Assembly (NCBI GenBank): GCA_033723415.1
Contig: JAWVXD010000001.1
Location: 160,001-224,000, forward strand
Origin: Sulfurospirillaceae bacterium
GTDB taxonomy: Bacteria; Campylobacterota; Campylobacteria; Campylobacterales; Sulfurospirillaceae
DNA length: 64,000 bases
Reading direction: 5' to 3'
Below the pieces are notes generated by a model. That model saw nothing but the letters and a program-made list of their open reading frames with translations. It was not told where the DNA came from and did no database searches. The position numbers were made by a program, and so were the translations under genes. Numbering within the stretch: the first letter of the stretch is position 1; every line of letters begins with the position of its first letter. Shown here one piece after another: positions 28,461-38,774 of this stretch.

Positions 28461-29516
28461 TCAATTGGTTATGAAAAGCGCTAATTCATCGCTTAGAAAA
28501 TAATCGTTATTGAAAATTTTTCCGTCTTTAGATTTTAGCTTATCATTACTCAGGAGAATATTGACATTTTTTATTTCACTTTTATAAAACTCGTTCATAT
28601 CAACTCCTGCTTCACTTCTAAGTCCCAGAAGTATTTTTTCGATATGAATATCCTCAGAACTTAAATGTTCAATACTTGTACATTTTGGGTTATTTATATA
28701 ATCTTCAATTTTTTTGTCAGTATAAAATCTCTTGTCTTTCAAAAATCCAACAGCTCCGGCTCCTATACCTATATAATCATCATGTTCCCAATACCCGAAG
28801 TTGTGTATACTTTTGTAATTGCCAAAGTTAGAAATTTCGTATTGAGGAAAACCTCTTCTTATTATTTCCTGCGTAAAAAACTTAGCTAGATCTATTGAAT
28901 CTATTGCAACCTTAGGTGTCTTAAAAAACGGTGTTCCTTCTTCTATTGTCAGTGAATATGCACTTAAATGATTTATAGGGAGAGAAAAAGCAATATCCAG
29001 ATCATTTGACAAAAGAGTTTTTTCATCAAGCATGGTTCCATATATCAGATCTATAGAAATATTCTTAAAACCGACTTTCTCTGCATTTTTTACAGCTTTT
29101 ATGGCAGAGTTTTTATTATGACTTCTGCCTAAGAACTTTAATTTTTTTTCATCAAAACTTTGTACTCCAAAACTTATTCTATTTACTCCAAGCTTTTTCA
29201 TCCCATCAAGCCAATTTAAACTGGCAGAATTTGGGTTTGCTTCAGTCGTAATTTCTGCATCTTCAGATAAATAAGGATTAAGAAGTTCAAAAAATTCTTC
29301 ATATAATTTGAAATTTATCGTAGAAGGCGTACCACCACCTATAAACAAGGATCTTATACTATGCTTTTCAACTGCAAAGTTAGACAATTCAGCTTCTAAA
29401 TGTTTAACTATAGAGGACATGTAAGATTTTTTTAAATCAAACTTGTCAACATAAGAATTAAAAGAACAATAATGACACAAACTATCACAAAATGGAATAT
29501 GAAGATATATAAGCAT
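28461..29516 (-). CDS. hemW: Radical SAM heme chaperone HemW (HemN-like)
   Basis: YLHIPFCDSLCHYCSF (CxxxCxxC), GGGTPS, YEISNF, HNFGYW. Confidence 0.9.
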   Translation of the reverse strand: MLIYLHIPFCDSLCHYCSFNSYVDKFDLKKSYMSSIVKHLEAELSNFAVEKHSIRSLFIGGGTPSTINFKLYEEFFELLNPYLSEDAEITTEANPNSASLNWLDGMKKLGVNRISFGVQSFDEKKLKFLGRSHNKNSAIKAVKNAEKVGFKNISIDLIYGTMLDEKTLLSNDLDIAFSLPINHLSAYSLTIEEGTPFFKTPKVAIDSIDLAKFFTQEIIRRGFPQYEISNFGNYKSIHNFGYWEHDDYIGIGAGAVGFLKDKRFYTDKKIEDYINNPKCTSIEHLSSEDIHIEKILLGLRSEAGVDMNEFYKSEIKNVNILLSNDKLKSKDGKIFNNDYFLSDELALFITN

Positions 29517-29606
29517 AAATAAATCACTTTTTTGATAGTATTTTATCTAAATAATAGTAGCTAAAACCTTTGATAGGATACAAAAAAATAAGAAAGTCTT
29601 GAGAAA

Positions 29607-30077
29607 ATGTCGGAAAATAAAAAATATAGACAAAATGTTGCTGCAGTTATATTGTCACACAAATACCCTCTTGTGTGTGAACTGTTTGTCGCCAGACGAA
29701 ACGACATGAAGAATGTATGGCAATTTCCACAAGGTGGTATTGATGATGGAGAATCAGAAAAAGATGCTTTATTTAGGGAGTTAGAAGAAGAAATAGGCAC
29801 AAATAAAATAGAGATAATAACAAAATACCCTGAACAATTAAAGTATGATTTCCCACAAACTATAGCAAAAAAGATGTATCCATTTGATGGTCAAAACCAG
29901 ACATATTTTTTAGTAAAATTGAAATCAAGTGCAAAAATAGACTTAAATACTAAACATCCTGAGTTTGATGATTATAACTTTGTAAAACTAGAAAAGATTT
30001 TTGAGATGGTTACATACTTCAAGAGACCTGTTTATCAAAAAGTTTTAAGCTATTTTAAAAAAGAAGGATATCTTTAG
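29607..30077 (+). CDS. rppH: RNA pyrophosphohydrolase (Nudix)
   Basis: YRQNVAAVI, WQFPQGGID, Nudix box ALFRELEEEIG. Confidence 0.95.
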   Translation: MSENKKYRQNVAAVILSHKYPLVCELFVARRNDMKNVWQFPQGGIDDGESEKDALFRELEEEIGTNKIEIITKYPEQLKYDFPQTIAKKMYPFDGQNQTYFLVKLKSSAKIDLNTKHPEFDDYNFVKLEKIFEMVTYFKRPVYQKVLSYFKKEGYL

Positions 30078-30091
30078 TTAGTATTGTAATT

Positions 30092-30163
30092 ATAAGAGCA
30101 AAGATGGTTTATCTTTGCTCTTATCCAAAGCAATCGTTTTGGATCAAGAGTAAATATAAACCA
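30092..30163 (+). repeat. Overlapping inverted repeats (A-A'-A) giving two mutually exclusive hairpins
   Basis: 30092-30105/30111-30124 is a perfect 14-bp stem; 30105-30122/30146-30163 is a near-perfect 18-bp stem. Confidence 0.75.
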
Positions 30164-30327
30164 CCCTTTGGGTAAAAAGATAAAACGACAATTATATTAT
30201 TATATTTTTATGATCCTGTATTAATTCTGGATTATTGTTAATATATGAATTGTGTTTGGCATTTTCTCTTTTTATTTGAAAATATAGATGGTTATAAGGT
30301 CAATTGTCAGATGGAAGTTGGTACAAA

Positions 30328-31530
30328 ATGCTTATAGTACAAAAATATGGGGGAACAAGCGTCGGCACGGTCGAGCGTATTTCAGAAGTTGCAAAAAGAG
30401 TTGCAGAAAGAAAAAAAGACGGCAATGATCTAGTTGTTGTTGTCTCAGCTATGAGCGGAGAAACGAATAAGCTGATAGAGCTGGCACATAGCTTTAGCAA
30501 AGATCCAAAGAAAAGAGAGATGGATCTGTTGTTAAGCTCTGGGGAAAGAGTAACAAGTGCATTATTAGCTATTGCTCTTAATGAAATGGGATATAAAACA
30601 GTTGCCATGAGCGGGAGGCAAGCAGGTATAGTTACAGACAACGTACATACTAAAGCCAGAATTGAACATATAGACGGCTCAAAAATAGAAAAAGAGCTTA
30701 AAAAAGGAAATATTGTCGTTGTAGCAGGATTTCAAGGTATTACAGATGTGGGTGAAGTCTCAACATTAGGTCGAGGCGGAAGTGACTTGAGTGCTGTTGC
30801 AATCGCTGGAGCATTGGGTGCTGATCTTTGTGAAATATACACTGATGTAGACGGTGTATATACAACTGATCCGAGAATCGAGCCAAAAGCAAAAAAATTA
30901 GCAAATATAAGCTATGATGAAATGCTTGAACTTGCTAGTCTTGGAGCAAAAGTACTACAAAGTAGGTCTGTTGAATTAGCAAAAAAATTAAATGTTAATT
31001 TAGTGACTAGAAGTAGTTTTAACACTAATGAAGGAACAAATATTTTGAGAGAAGAGGATATTATGGAAAAGCCACTAGTAAGCGGCATTGCTATTGATAA
31101 AAATCAAGCAAGGGTTACTTTAAGAGGTGTTACCGATAAGCCTGGAATTGCAGCGGAGATATTTAGAAAATTGGCAGAAGAGGGCGTGAATGTTGATATG
31201 ATCATTCAAAATGTCGGTCTGGACGGAACTACTAATTTGGGATTTACTATACCTGAAAATGAATTGGATGTAGCTAAGAATGCTATGAGTGAAATACAAG
31301 CTTCCCAAAGTGTTGAATTTGACAAAAATATAGTCAAAGTTTCAATCGTAGGTGTGGGTATGAAATCTCACAGTGGTGTTGCGTGTACAGCATTTGATAC
31401 TTTGGCAGATGAGAGAATAAATATAGAGATGATAAGTACCAGTGAGATAAAAATATCTATGGTTATTAGCGCAAAATATGGGGAATTAGCCGTTCGCGCT
31501 CTTCATGATGCTTATAAGTTGGATCAATAG
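30328..31530 (+). CDS. lysC: Aspartate kinase
   Basis: MLIVQKYGGTSVG, VVVVSAM, TLGRGGSD, two ACT domains. True start ATG 30328. Confidence 0.97.
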   Translation: MLIVQKYGGTSVGTVERISEVAKRVAERKKDGNDLVVVVSAMSGETNKLIELAHSFSKDPKKREMDLLLSSGERVTSALLAIALNEMGYKTVAMSGRQAGIVTDNVHTKARIEHIDGSKIEKELKKGNIVVVAGFQGITDVGEVSTLGRGGSDLSAVAIAGALGADLCEIYTDVDGVYTTDPRIEPKAKKLANISYDEMLELASLGAKVLQSRSVELAKKLNVNLVTRSSFNTNEGTNILREEDIMEKPLVSGIAIDKNQARVTLRGVTDKPGIAAEIFRKLAEEGVNVDMIIQNVGLDGTTNLGFTIPENELDVAKNAMSEIQASQSVEFDKNIVKVSIVGVGMKSHSGVACTAFDTLADERINIEMISTSEIKISMVISAKYGELAVRALHDAYKLDQ

Positions 31531-31533
31531 TCA

Positions 31534-32085
31534 ATGCAAAAGTTTTTAAAGTGGTCTTTGGAAAACATTAGAAAAGACAGTTCAATGATGAGCTGGATGG
31601 AAGAAAAAAGATTTGAATGGGTTCCTTTAAACGTTTCCATGCTCAAAAATTTATTAGAAGGTCATACTATTCTTGTTATCACTGATGACGATAGAGAATG
31701 GTTTTGCGAATATATGCTGGGTGATATAAATAAGCTTACTAAAAACAGACCTATACTTCCATTTTTATCTTTAAAATCACTATTTCCAAACCTAAATACT
31801 TTAAAAACAAAAGAAGACATAGAGCTTTTAGAAGATATGCTATTCCAATCTTTTCCAAACGGATATACATATTTTTATATTGGTAAAAATAACAATATAA
31901 AAATGCAAATAGCTAAAAGAAAAGACGATAGTTTTATCTGGGTGATGGATGAACAATTACAAAATAGTTTTTTCCTATCATCAAATGATGAAAATTTAGA
32001 TATAAAACTTATACAACTCTATAAGCTCTTAGATAAAAGTATAAATGCCTTGCTTTTTGCTGAGGTAGATTTTGATGGTGAGTGA
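31534..32085 (+). CDS. hobA: HobA DnaA-binding replication regulator
   Basis: FLKWSLENIR...SWMEEKRFEWVPL; conserved lysC-hobA-holB-folP synteny. Confidence 0.88.
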   Translation: MQKFLKWSLENIRKDSSMMSWMEEKRFEWVPLNVSMLKNLLEGHTILVITDDDREWFCEYMLGDINKLTKNRPILPFLSLKSLFPNLNTLKTKEDIELLEDMLFQSFPNGYTYFYIGKNNNIKMQIAKRKDDSFIWVMDEQLQNSFFLSSNDENLDIKLIQLYKLLDKSINALLFAEVDFDGE

Positions 32086-32695
32086 TGAGGAGCTAAGAAG
32101 TCATATACTTATTTGCAAGAATATGCAAAAGGCATATGACTACTTAGAAGAGAAATATGTAAATGAATATCGTAAACTTTTTCTTAGAGAAGATTTTCTC
32201 CTAGAAGATGCAAAAAGTGTAGCAAAAGAAGCGTATATAGCTGAAAAAGAAAAAAAATTGCTCATTTTAGGTGCTAAAAATTACAATATATATGCACAAA
32301 ATTCTCTTCTTAAGATGTTAGAAGAGCCACCTAGAAATATAATTTTTATACTGGTGTGCGAAACAAAAAATGTTTTTTTGCCGACAATTCGTTCAAGACT
32401 TCTTTCAAAGCAGTTAGACTTTAACGAAGATAAGGTAAAAGTCGATTTGGATCTAGCTAGGCTTGATTTAAAGATCATTTATAATTTTGTTCAAGAGAAT
32501 TCACGAATCAGTAAAAATGAACTAAAATCACTGATGCAGGCAATCGTAGCTGACGCTATTATGAAATTCAACATACACTTTACCACAAAAGAGATGGAAC
32601 ACTTTGAAAAATTATTTCAATTGAGCGAGATGAATGCAAGACCAAACAATATACTTGTCTCATTACTTTTAACAATTTACCTGAAAAAGAATTAA
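32075..32695 (+). CDS. holB: DNA polymerase III delta' subunit
   Basis: AQNSLLKMLEEPP, LPTIRSR. Confidence 0.88.
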   Translation: MVSDEELRSHILICKNMQKAYDYLEEKYVNEYRKLFLREDFLLEDAKSVAKEAYIAEKEKKLLILGAKNYNIYAQNSLLKMLEEPPRNIIFILVCETKNVFLPTIRSRLLSKQLDFNEDKVKVDLDLARLDLKIIYNFVQENSRISKNELKSLMQAIVADAIMKFNIHFTTKEMEHFEKLFQLSEMNARPNNILVSLLLTIYLKKN

Positions 32696-32696
32696 C

Positions 32697-33839
32697 ATGA
32701 AACTACATAAAATCTCAAATGATGTTGACCTTGAAAAACTTTTTTATGATTTAGATGTGACAAAAGAAGGTGCAAAGATTTTGTTAAAAAAAGCAAATAT
32801 CCATCTGATATACATAAAAAATCTAAGATCACCAGCAGCAAATATTTTAAAACAAGATGCACTATCTATAGGCGGTGACCTTGCAGTGCCTAAAAATAGC
32901 GTAACGTGTAAAGATGAGTATGTTGATGCAGTTTTGATTGCAAATACAAATCAAATTCTTCAATTATCTAAAAAAGAAAAAATTCAGCCTTTTGGTTTAA
33001 AAGAACTAGCTGAAAAATTACCTGAATTTTTACAGAACAATAACCAAAAAACAGAGATTATGGGTGTTTTAAATGCAAATGATGATAGTTTTTATTCAAA
33101 TAGTAGATTTACACAAAAAGATGCTCATAGAAGAATAGAAGATATGATTAGTGAAGGTGCAGATATAATCGACATTGGCGGACTCTCAAGCAGGCCTGGC
33201 AGCATTCCTATAAGCGAAGAAGAAGAGTTATTACGGATAAAAGATATCATAGATATTATATATAAAAATCGATTTTTTGAAAAAGTAAAGTTTTCTCTTG
33301 ATAGCTACAGTCCAATTTGTTTAACCTATGCGATGGATCGTGGATTTACAATCATAAATGACATAACGGCATTAGAAAATGATGAGGTCGCTAAAATTGC
33401 TGCAAGCTATGAGGCAACTATCGTTTTGATGCATAAACTTGGTTCTACGGTCAACATGCAAAATAATCCACAATACGACAATGTGATTTTTGATGTAGAC
33501 GATTTTTTTACGCAAAGAATCAAAAAAGCAAAAGAGTTTGGTATAAATAAAATTGTTTTAGATGTTGGTATAGGTTTTGGGAAAAATCTAGATCACAATC
33601 TATCTCTTTTACAAAATCATGAGCATTTTTTACATTTTGGTTATCCTCTATTGATAGGGGCAAGTAGAAAATCTATGATTAACATGATAACAAACAGTAG
33701 GGAAGAAGATAGATTACCTGGAACGTTGGCTATACATTTAGAAGCTGTTAGGAAAGGTGCTTCTATGGTAAGAGTGCATGACGTAAAAGAACACTTCCAA
33801 GCATTAAGAGTCCAAAAAGCTATATTGAGAGCCAAATAA
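32697..33839 (+). CDS. folP: Dihydropteroate synthase (Campylobacterota type with N-terminal extension)
   Basis: IMGVLNANDDSF, DIGGLSSRPG, DVGIGFGK, GASRKS, RVHDV. Confidence 0.95.
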   Translation: MKLHKISNDVDLEKLFYDLDVTKEGAKILLKKANIHLIYIKNLRSPAANILKQDALSIGGDLAVPKNSVTCKDEYVDAVLIANTNQILQLSKKEKIQPFGLKELAEKLPEFLQNNNQKTEIMGVLNANDDSFYSNSRFTQKDAHRRIEDMISEGADIIDIGGLSSRPGSIPISEEEELLRIKDIIDIIYKNRFFEKVKFSLDSYSPICLTYAMDRGFTIINDITALENDEVAKIAASYEATIVLMHKLGSTVNMQNNPQYDNVIFDVDDFFTQRIKKAKEFGINKIVLDVGIGFGKNLDHNLSLLQNHEHFLHFGYPLLIGASRKSMINMITNSREEDRLPGTLAIHLEAVRKGASMVRVHDVKEHFQALRVQKAILRAK

Positions 33840-34601
33840 GTGGAGTTTGAATTTTATTATTATGTGATATTTCTGGCTGCAGGATTTTTAGGAGGCTTTG
33901 TTGACTCAATTGCCGGTGGTGGCGGGATCATCACAGTTCCTGTCTTTTTAGCCGCAGGAATGCCTCCTCATATGGCCCTAGCTACAAATAAACTAGGAAG
34001 TTCTTTCGGAAGTTTTACGGCATCTATAAATTTCATACGAAAGGGATTAGTCTCATTTAAGGAAGTTTATCTAGGGGTGATATTTACTTTTATAGGGGCA
34101 GTTATCGGCGCAAAAACCATATTGTTAGTAGATGCTAGTATTTTAAATAAAATAATACCGGTTATGTTGGTTGCTATCTTTTTGTACACTCTTTTGAACC
34201 CAGCATTTGGTCATTTAGATAAAGCAAATAGGCTAAAAAAACCTGTTTTTTTTCTAATTTTTGGTATCTTGATCGGTTTTTATGATGGTTTTTTTGGACC
34301 TGGGACTGGAAATTTCTGGACAATAGCATTGGTCGGTTTAATGGGATTGAATCTAAAAAAAGCTACAGCAACGACAAAGATTATGAATTTTACAAGTAAT
34401 ATTGTTTCTTTGTACGTATTTATAATGAGTGCAAATGTTCTCTTCTTTGTCGGAATTTTGATGGGAATGGGACAGATTTTAGGAGCATTTGTAGGCTCAT
34501 CCATGGTTATAAAAAAAGAGATAACTTTTATAAGAACATTTTTTCTTTTTGTCGTTGGCGTGACAATCTTAAAATTAATTTACGATAGTTGGTTGAAATG
34601 A
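33840..34601 (+). CDS. TSUP (TauE/SafE) family transporter
   Basis: GFVDSIAGGGG, ALATNK, GFYDGFFGPGTG. Confidence 0.9.
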   Translation: MEFEFYYYVIFLAAGFLGGFVDSIAGGGGIITVPVFLAAGMPPHMALATNKLGSSFGSFTASINFIRKGLVSFKEVYLGVIFTFIGAVIGAKTILLVDASILNKIIPVMLVAIFLYTLLNPAFGHLDKANRLKKPVFFLIFGILIGFYDGFFGPGTGNFWTIALVGLMGLNLKKATATTKIMNFTSNIVSLYVFIMSANVLFFVGILMGMGQILGAFVGSSMVIKKEITFIRTFFLFVVGVTILKLIYDSWLK

Positions 34602-36547
34602 ATGAAATAGAATATAAAAAAAATATAGATATATTGAACGCATGGGCTAGGGCATACTATGTAGAGGATGATCCTATTGCCAGTGATGAAGAATATGACA
34701 AGCTTTATCATGAAGTGCTTGAATTTGAGATAAATAACCCAGATAAAGTTGATGAAAATTCACCTACTAAGAGAGTTGGGGGCGTCGTTCAAGAAGGTTT
34801 TTCCAAGGCAAAGCATATTAAAAGAATGTGGAGTATGGAAGATGTATTTGATCTGGAAGAATTAAAGGCTTGGATTAAAAGAGTTGAAAAAACAAATACG
34901 AACTTTAGCTTTTATTGTGAACCGAAGTTTGACGGTGCAAGTTTAAATATTATATATGAAAACGGATATCTAAAACAAGCCATAACGAGAGGTGATGGAT
35001 TTATCGGTGAAGATGTAACTGAAAATATAAAAACTATAAGTTCTATCCCAATAGAGATAGAATATAAAGAATTGATTGAGATCAGAGGTGAGATCATAAT
35101 CAAAAAAAGTGACTTTGAAGCTTTAAATCAAGACAGACTAAATAAAAACGAGCCTTTGTTTGCAAATCCAAGAAATGCTGCAGCAGGTAGTCTAAGACAA
35201 CTTGACACAAAAGTTACTGCAAGCAGAAGATTGATGTTTTATCCTTGGGGCGTAGGTGAAAATAGCTTAGCTTTTTCATCCCTCAGTGAAAAAATAGAAT
35301 TTATATATAAATTAGGATTTGCAAGACCACCTAAGACAATAGTCAGTAAGTCGATTGAAGATGTAATTAGTTTATATGATGAATTGGTAGCATCGCGCGA
35401 TAAAATTCCTATGATGATGGATGGAATGGTAGTTAAGATTGATGAAGTGACATTGCAAGAACAATTAGGCTACACGGTAAAATATCCAAGATGGATGGTT
35501 GCTTTCAAGTTCCCGGCGGTAGAAAAAGTAACAAAGATACTTGATGTCATAGTTCAGGTAGGAAGAACAGGTGTACTTACTCCGGTTGCAGTTTTGTCTC
35601 CTGTAAATATTGAAGGTGCTGTGATTGAACGTGCTACTTTGCACAATTTTGATGAAATTCAAAGAAAAGATATAAAGATAAATGATTTTGTTATCATAAT
35701 AAGAAGTGGAGACGTTATACCTAAAGTAACAAAAGTTTTAATAGATAGAAGAGATGGAACGCAACAGGACATAGCAAGACCGACAAATTGTCCTATATGT
35801 GGCAGTGAAGTCTTGGATGAGGGTATTCTGATCAAATGCCAAAATCTATCGTGCGATGCAAGAGTAGTAAATTCTATCATACATTTTGCATCAAAAAAGT
35901 GCATGAATATTGATGGATTAGGAAATAAAATAGTAGAACTTTTGTATGAAAAAGAACTTTTGAAGAGTGTTGAAGATCTATATGAATTAAAAGCGGATGA
36001 TCTTTTGGAGTTAGAAGGATTCAAGGAAAAAAAAGTTGAAAATCTTATAAATTCAATTGAAAACTCTAAAAATGTTGAGTTGCATAGATTTATAAATTCT
36101 TTGGGAATAGAACATATTGGAGAAGTGGCTGCAAGAAAAATAGCAGAAAGTTTTGCACAAAGATGGATTGATGTAAGCTTTGATGAAATAGTTTCACTTG
36201 AAGGCTTTGGTGAAGAGATGGCAAAAAGCTTGATAGATTTTATTGTTGTAAATAAAAGTAAAATAATTAAACTATCAAATGTATTAAATATATTAAATCC
36301 GATTATATCAGAAAAAATAGATTCAATATTTACATCTAAAACAGTTGTTATTACAGGGAGTATGTCAAAACCAAGAGAGGAAATCAAAGAAATATTGGTA
36401 AAACATGGAGCAAAAGTTACAAATAGTGTATCCAAAAAAACCGACTTTGTGATTTATGGCAAAGATGCCGGAAGTAAATATGATAAAGCACTATCTTTAG
36501 GCGTTAAAACTATGAGTGAAGAGGAGATGCTAAGTGAGATTGGATAA
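34598..36547 (+). CDS. ligA: NAD-dependent DNA ligase
   Basis: EPKFDG, ANPRNAAAGSLRQ, QVGRTG, Zn finger CPICG...C, BRCT. ATG 34598 overlaps the upstream stop. Confidence 0.98.
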   Translation: MNEIEYKKNIDILNAWARAYYVEDDPIASDEEYDKLYHEVLEFEINNPDKVDENSPTKRVGGVVQEGFSKAKHIKRMWSMEDVFDLEELKAWIKRVEKTNTNFSFYCEPKFDGASLNIIYENGYLKQAITRGDGFIGEDVTENIKTISSIPIEIEYKELIEIRGEIIIKKSDFEALNQDRLNKNEPLFANPRNAAAGSLRQLDTKVTASRRLMFYPWGVGENSLAFSSLSEKIEFIYKLGFARPPKTIVSKSIEDVISLYDELVASRDKIPMMMDGMVVKIDEVTLQEQLGYTVKYPRWMVAFKFPAVEKVTKILDVIVQVGRTGVLTPVAVLSPVNIEGAVIERATLHNFDEIQRKDIKINDFVIIIRSGDVIPKVTKVLIDRRDGTQQDIARPTNCPICGSEVLDEGILIKCQNLSCDARVVNSIIHFASKKCMNIDGLGNKIVELLYEKELLKSVEDLYELKADDLLELEGFKEKKVENLINSIENSKNVELHRFINSLGIEHIGEVAARKIAESFAQRWIDVSFDEIVSLEGFGEEMAKSLIDFIVVNKSKIIKLSNVLNILNPIISEKIDSIFTSKTVVITGSMSKPREEIKEILVKHGAKVTNSVSKKTDFVIYGKDAGSKYDKALSLGVKTMSEEEMLSEIG

Positions 36548-37244
36548 TTATTTGCATCTTGAAGGATTTGCTCAAAGTAGAAATAAGGCACAAGAGTTGA
36601 TAAAGCAGCAGGAAGTCTTAGTCGATGGTGAAATTGTCTCTAAATCTAGTTTTGAAGTAGACAAAACAAATAACATAAGTATTTTGAATTCAAAACAGTA
36701 CGTTAGCAGAGCAGGGTTTAAGCTAAAGACTTATCTTCAGACACAAAATATAATCTGTGTGAATGGGAAAAATTGTCTAGATATAGGAAGCAGCACCGGT
36801 GGTTTTACACAAGTCTTACTTGAAGAGAGTGCAAAAAAAGTAGTGGCAGTTGATGTAGGTAGTGAACAACTTCACTTAAGTTTGAGAAGTACGACAAATT
36901 TAGAAATATTTGAACAAACTGACATCAGAGATTTTAACTATAATGAAAAATTTGATATTATAACCTGTGATGTATCTTTTATCGGGGTTGAACATATCAT
37001 TGAACATATTGATAGATTGGCAAAAGAGTATATATTGATCTTATTCAAGCCACAATTTGAAGTTGGAAATACTGTAAAGAGAGATAAGAAAGGTGTAGTA
37101 AAGGATAGTTTTGCGATTAATAAAGCAAAAGAGAGATTTGTTGCAAACTGTGTACAACTATGGGATTTGATTGATAACAAAGATTCAAAAATAAAAGGAA
37201 AAGAGGGAAGTGTTGAAACATTCTACTGCTTTAAAAAAAGATGA
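36534..37244 (+). CDS. tlyA: TlyA family rRNA 2'-O-methyltransferase
   Basis: S4 domain MRLD, YVSRAGFKL, DIGSSTGGFT, DVSFI, KPQFE. Confidence 0.93.
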   Translation: MRLDNYLHLEGFAQSRNKAQELIKQQEVLVDGEIVSKSSFEVDKTNNISILNSKQYVSRAGFKLKTYLQTQNIICVNGKNCLDIGSSTGGFTQVLLEESAKKVVAVDVGSEQLHLSLRSTTNLEIFEQTDIRDFNYNEKFDIITCDVSFIGVEHIIEHIDRLAKEYILILFKPQFEVGNTVKRDKKGVVKDSFAINKAKERFVANCVQLWDLIDNKDSKIKGKEGSVETFYCFKKR

Positions 37245-38064
37245 AATAGACTCTATTGCAATCGGAACATTTGATGGTTTGCATTTAGGTCATCAACAAT
37301 TAATAAAAAAACTGACTCCAAAAGGAGCCTTATTTATAATTGATAAAGAAAAAGCAAATCTCACTCCAGGTGAAAAAAGAAGTGAATATACAAAATTCCC
37401 TTGTTTTTATTATAAGTTTGATCAAATAAAAAACTTTGATTGCAATGGATTTACATCGTTTTTAAAAAAAGAATTTCCTAATCTAAAGAATATCATCATA
37501 GGATATGATTTTAAATTCGGTGCAGCCAGATCATGTGACATATATGATTTAAAAAATCTTTTCAGCGGTCAGATTACTATTGTTGATGAATTTTTTCTAG
37601 ATGGAATTTCAGTTCATTCTTCTAAGGTTAGAGAATTTATACAAAATGGAGAAATAAAAAAAGCAAATAAATTAGTCGGACGTGAATATTGTATTAGTGG
37701 AAAGCATATCAGAGGACAAGGGCTCGGTAAAAAAGAGCTTGTTCCAACTATAAATTTGGAAGTAGGAAAATATATCTTACCAAAAAATGGAGTATATGCT
37801 ACATTTACAAAAATAGACAATCATATTTATCCGTCTGTCACATTTATAGGAGTGAGAGAAAGTTCTGATGGTAAGTTCTCTCTCGAAACACATATTATCG
37901 GTCAAGAGATAGAAGTCTCAAAAGTTGAAACAATAGATGTTTGCTTTATAGACTTTATAAGAGAGAATAGGAAATTTGATTCTTTTACTGAGTTGAAGTT
38001 ACAAATTTTTAAAGATATTAAGAGCGCAAAAAAAATTGTTGATGAGAATAAAATTGATGGATAA
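37210..38064 (+). CDS. ribF: Riboflavin kinase/FAD synthetase
   Basis: IGTFDGLHLGHQ, GYDFKFG, PTIN, ETHI, RENRKF. Confidence 0.95.
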   Translation: MLKHSTALKKDEIDSIAIGTFDGLHLGHQQLIKKLTPKGALFIIDKEKANLTPGEKRSEYTKFPCFYYKFDQIKNFDCNGFTSFLKKEFPNLKNIIIGYDFKFGAARSCDIYDLKNLFSGQITIVDEFFLDGISVHSSKVREFIQNGEIKKANKLVGREYCISGKHIRGQGLGKKELVPTINLEVGKYILPKNGVYATFTKIDNHIYPSVTFIGVRESSDGKFSLETHIIGQEIEVSKVETIDVCFIDFIRENRKFDSFTELKLQIFKDIKSAKKIVDENKIDG

Positions 38065-38761
38065 GATCTTTATGCAACCAATTGAAAAGCAGTTTGAATT
38101 TGATGAAAATGTTGCTAGTGTTTTTGATGATATGTTAGAGAGATCTATTCCTTTTTATAAAGACGTAATATCTCTTATATGCAGTGTTGTTATCTCCTCT
38201 GCAAAAGAGAATTCAAGAGTATTGGATCTTGGTTGTTCTACGGCCAATACCCTTTTATCCATTTACAAGAAAAGTAATAAAAAACTTGATTTGATCGGAT
38301 TTGATAATTCTGAAGCTATGCTTCATCAAGCCAAAAATAAGATAAAAGCATATGGTGCGAATATCGACTTAAAATTAGTTGATATTTTAGAAGCAGAATT
38401 GCCAAAAAGCGATGTGGTCATAGCAAACTATATGCTACAATTCATTAGACCTATAAGTAGATCTCCTTTTTTAAAAACAATATATAATGCGATCAATGAC
38501 GATGGAATCTTCATATTTAGTGAAAAAATTGTATATGAAGATAAAAAATTTAACAAAGATATTATTGATATTTATTACGAATTTAAAAAAACACAAGGTT
38601 ACAGTGAATTTGAAATTTCACAAAAAAGAGAAGCTTTGGAAAATATCTTGATCCCATATACTGAAGATGAAAACAAAACGATGATCCTGGAAGTAGGTTT
38701 TAAAAAGGTTGAGACAATTTTCAAATGGGGAAACTTTGTAACTTTTGTGGCTTTAAAATAA
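38057..38761 (+). CDS. cmoA: Carboxy-SAM synthase
   Basis: FEFDENVASVFDDMLERSIPFY, DLGCS, YSEFEISQKREALEN. Confidence 0.95.
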   Translation: MDKIFMQPIEKQFEFDENVASVFDDMLERSIPFYKDVISLICSVVISSAKENSRVLDLGCSTANTLLSIYKKSNKKLDLIGFDNSEAMLHQAKNKIKAYGANIDLKLVDILEAELPKSDVVIANYMLQFIRPISRSPFLKTIYNAINDDGIFIFSEKIVYEDKKFNKDIIDIYYEFKKTQGYSEFEISQKREALENILIPYTEDENKTMILEVGFKKVETIFKWGNFVTFVALK

Positions 38762-38774
38762 TCGTAAAGATTTT

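Noticed and set aside
30078..30327. Canonical lysine riboswitch before lysC
   Set aside because: Only a short CAAGAGTA resemblance; the AGAGGNGC and GCCGAA core elements are not seen.
35659..36435. 258-aa antisense ORF
   Set aside because: Lies entirely opposite ligA, has no recognisable motif, and has the Ile/Ser/Phe-rich composition typical of shadow frames.
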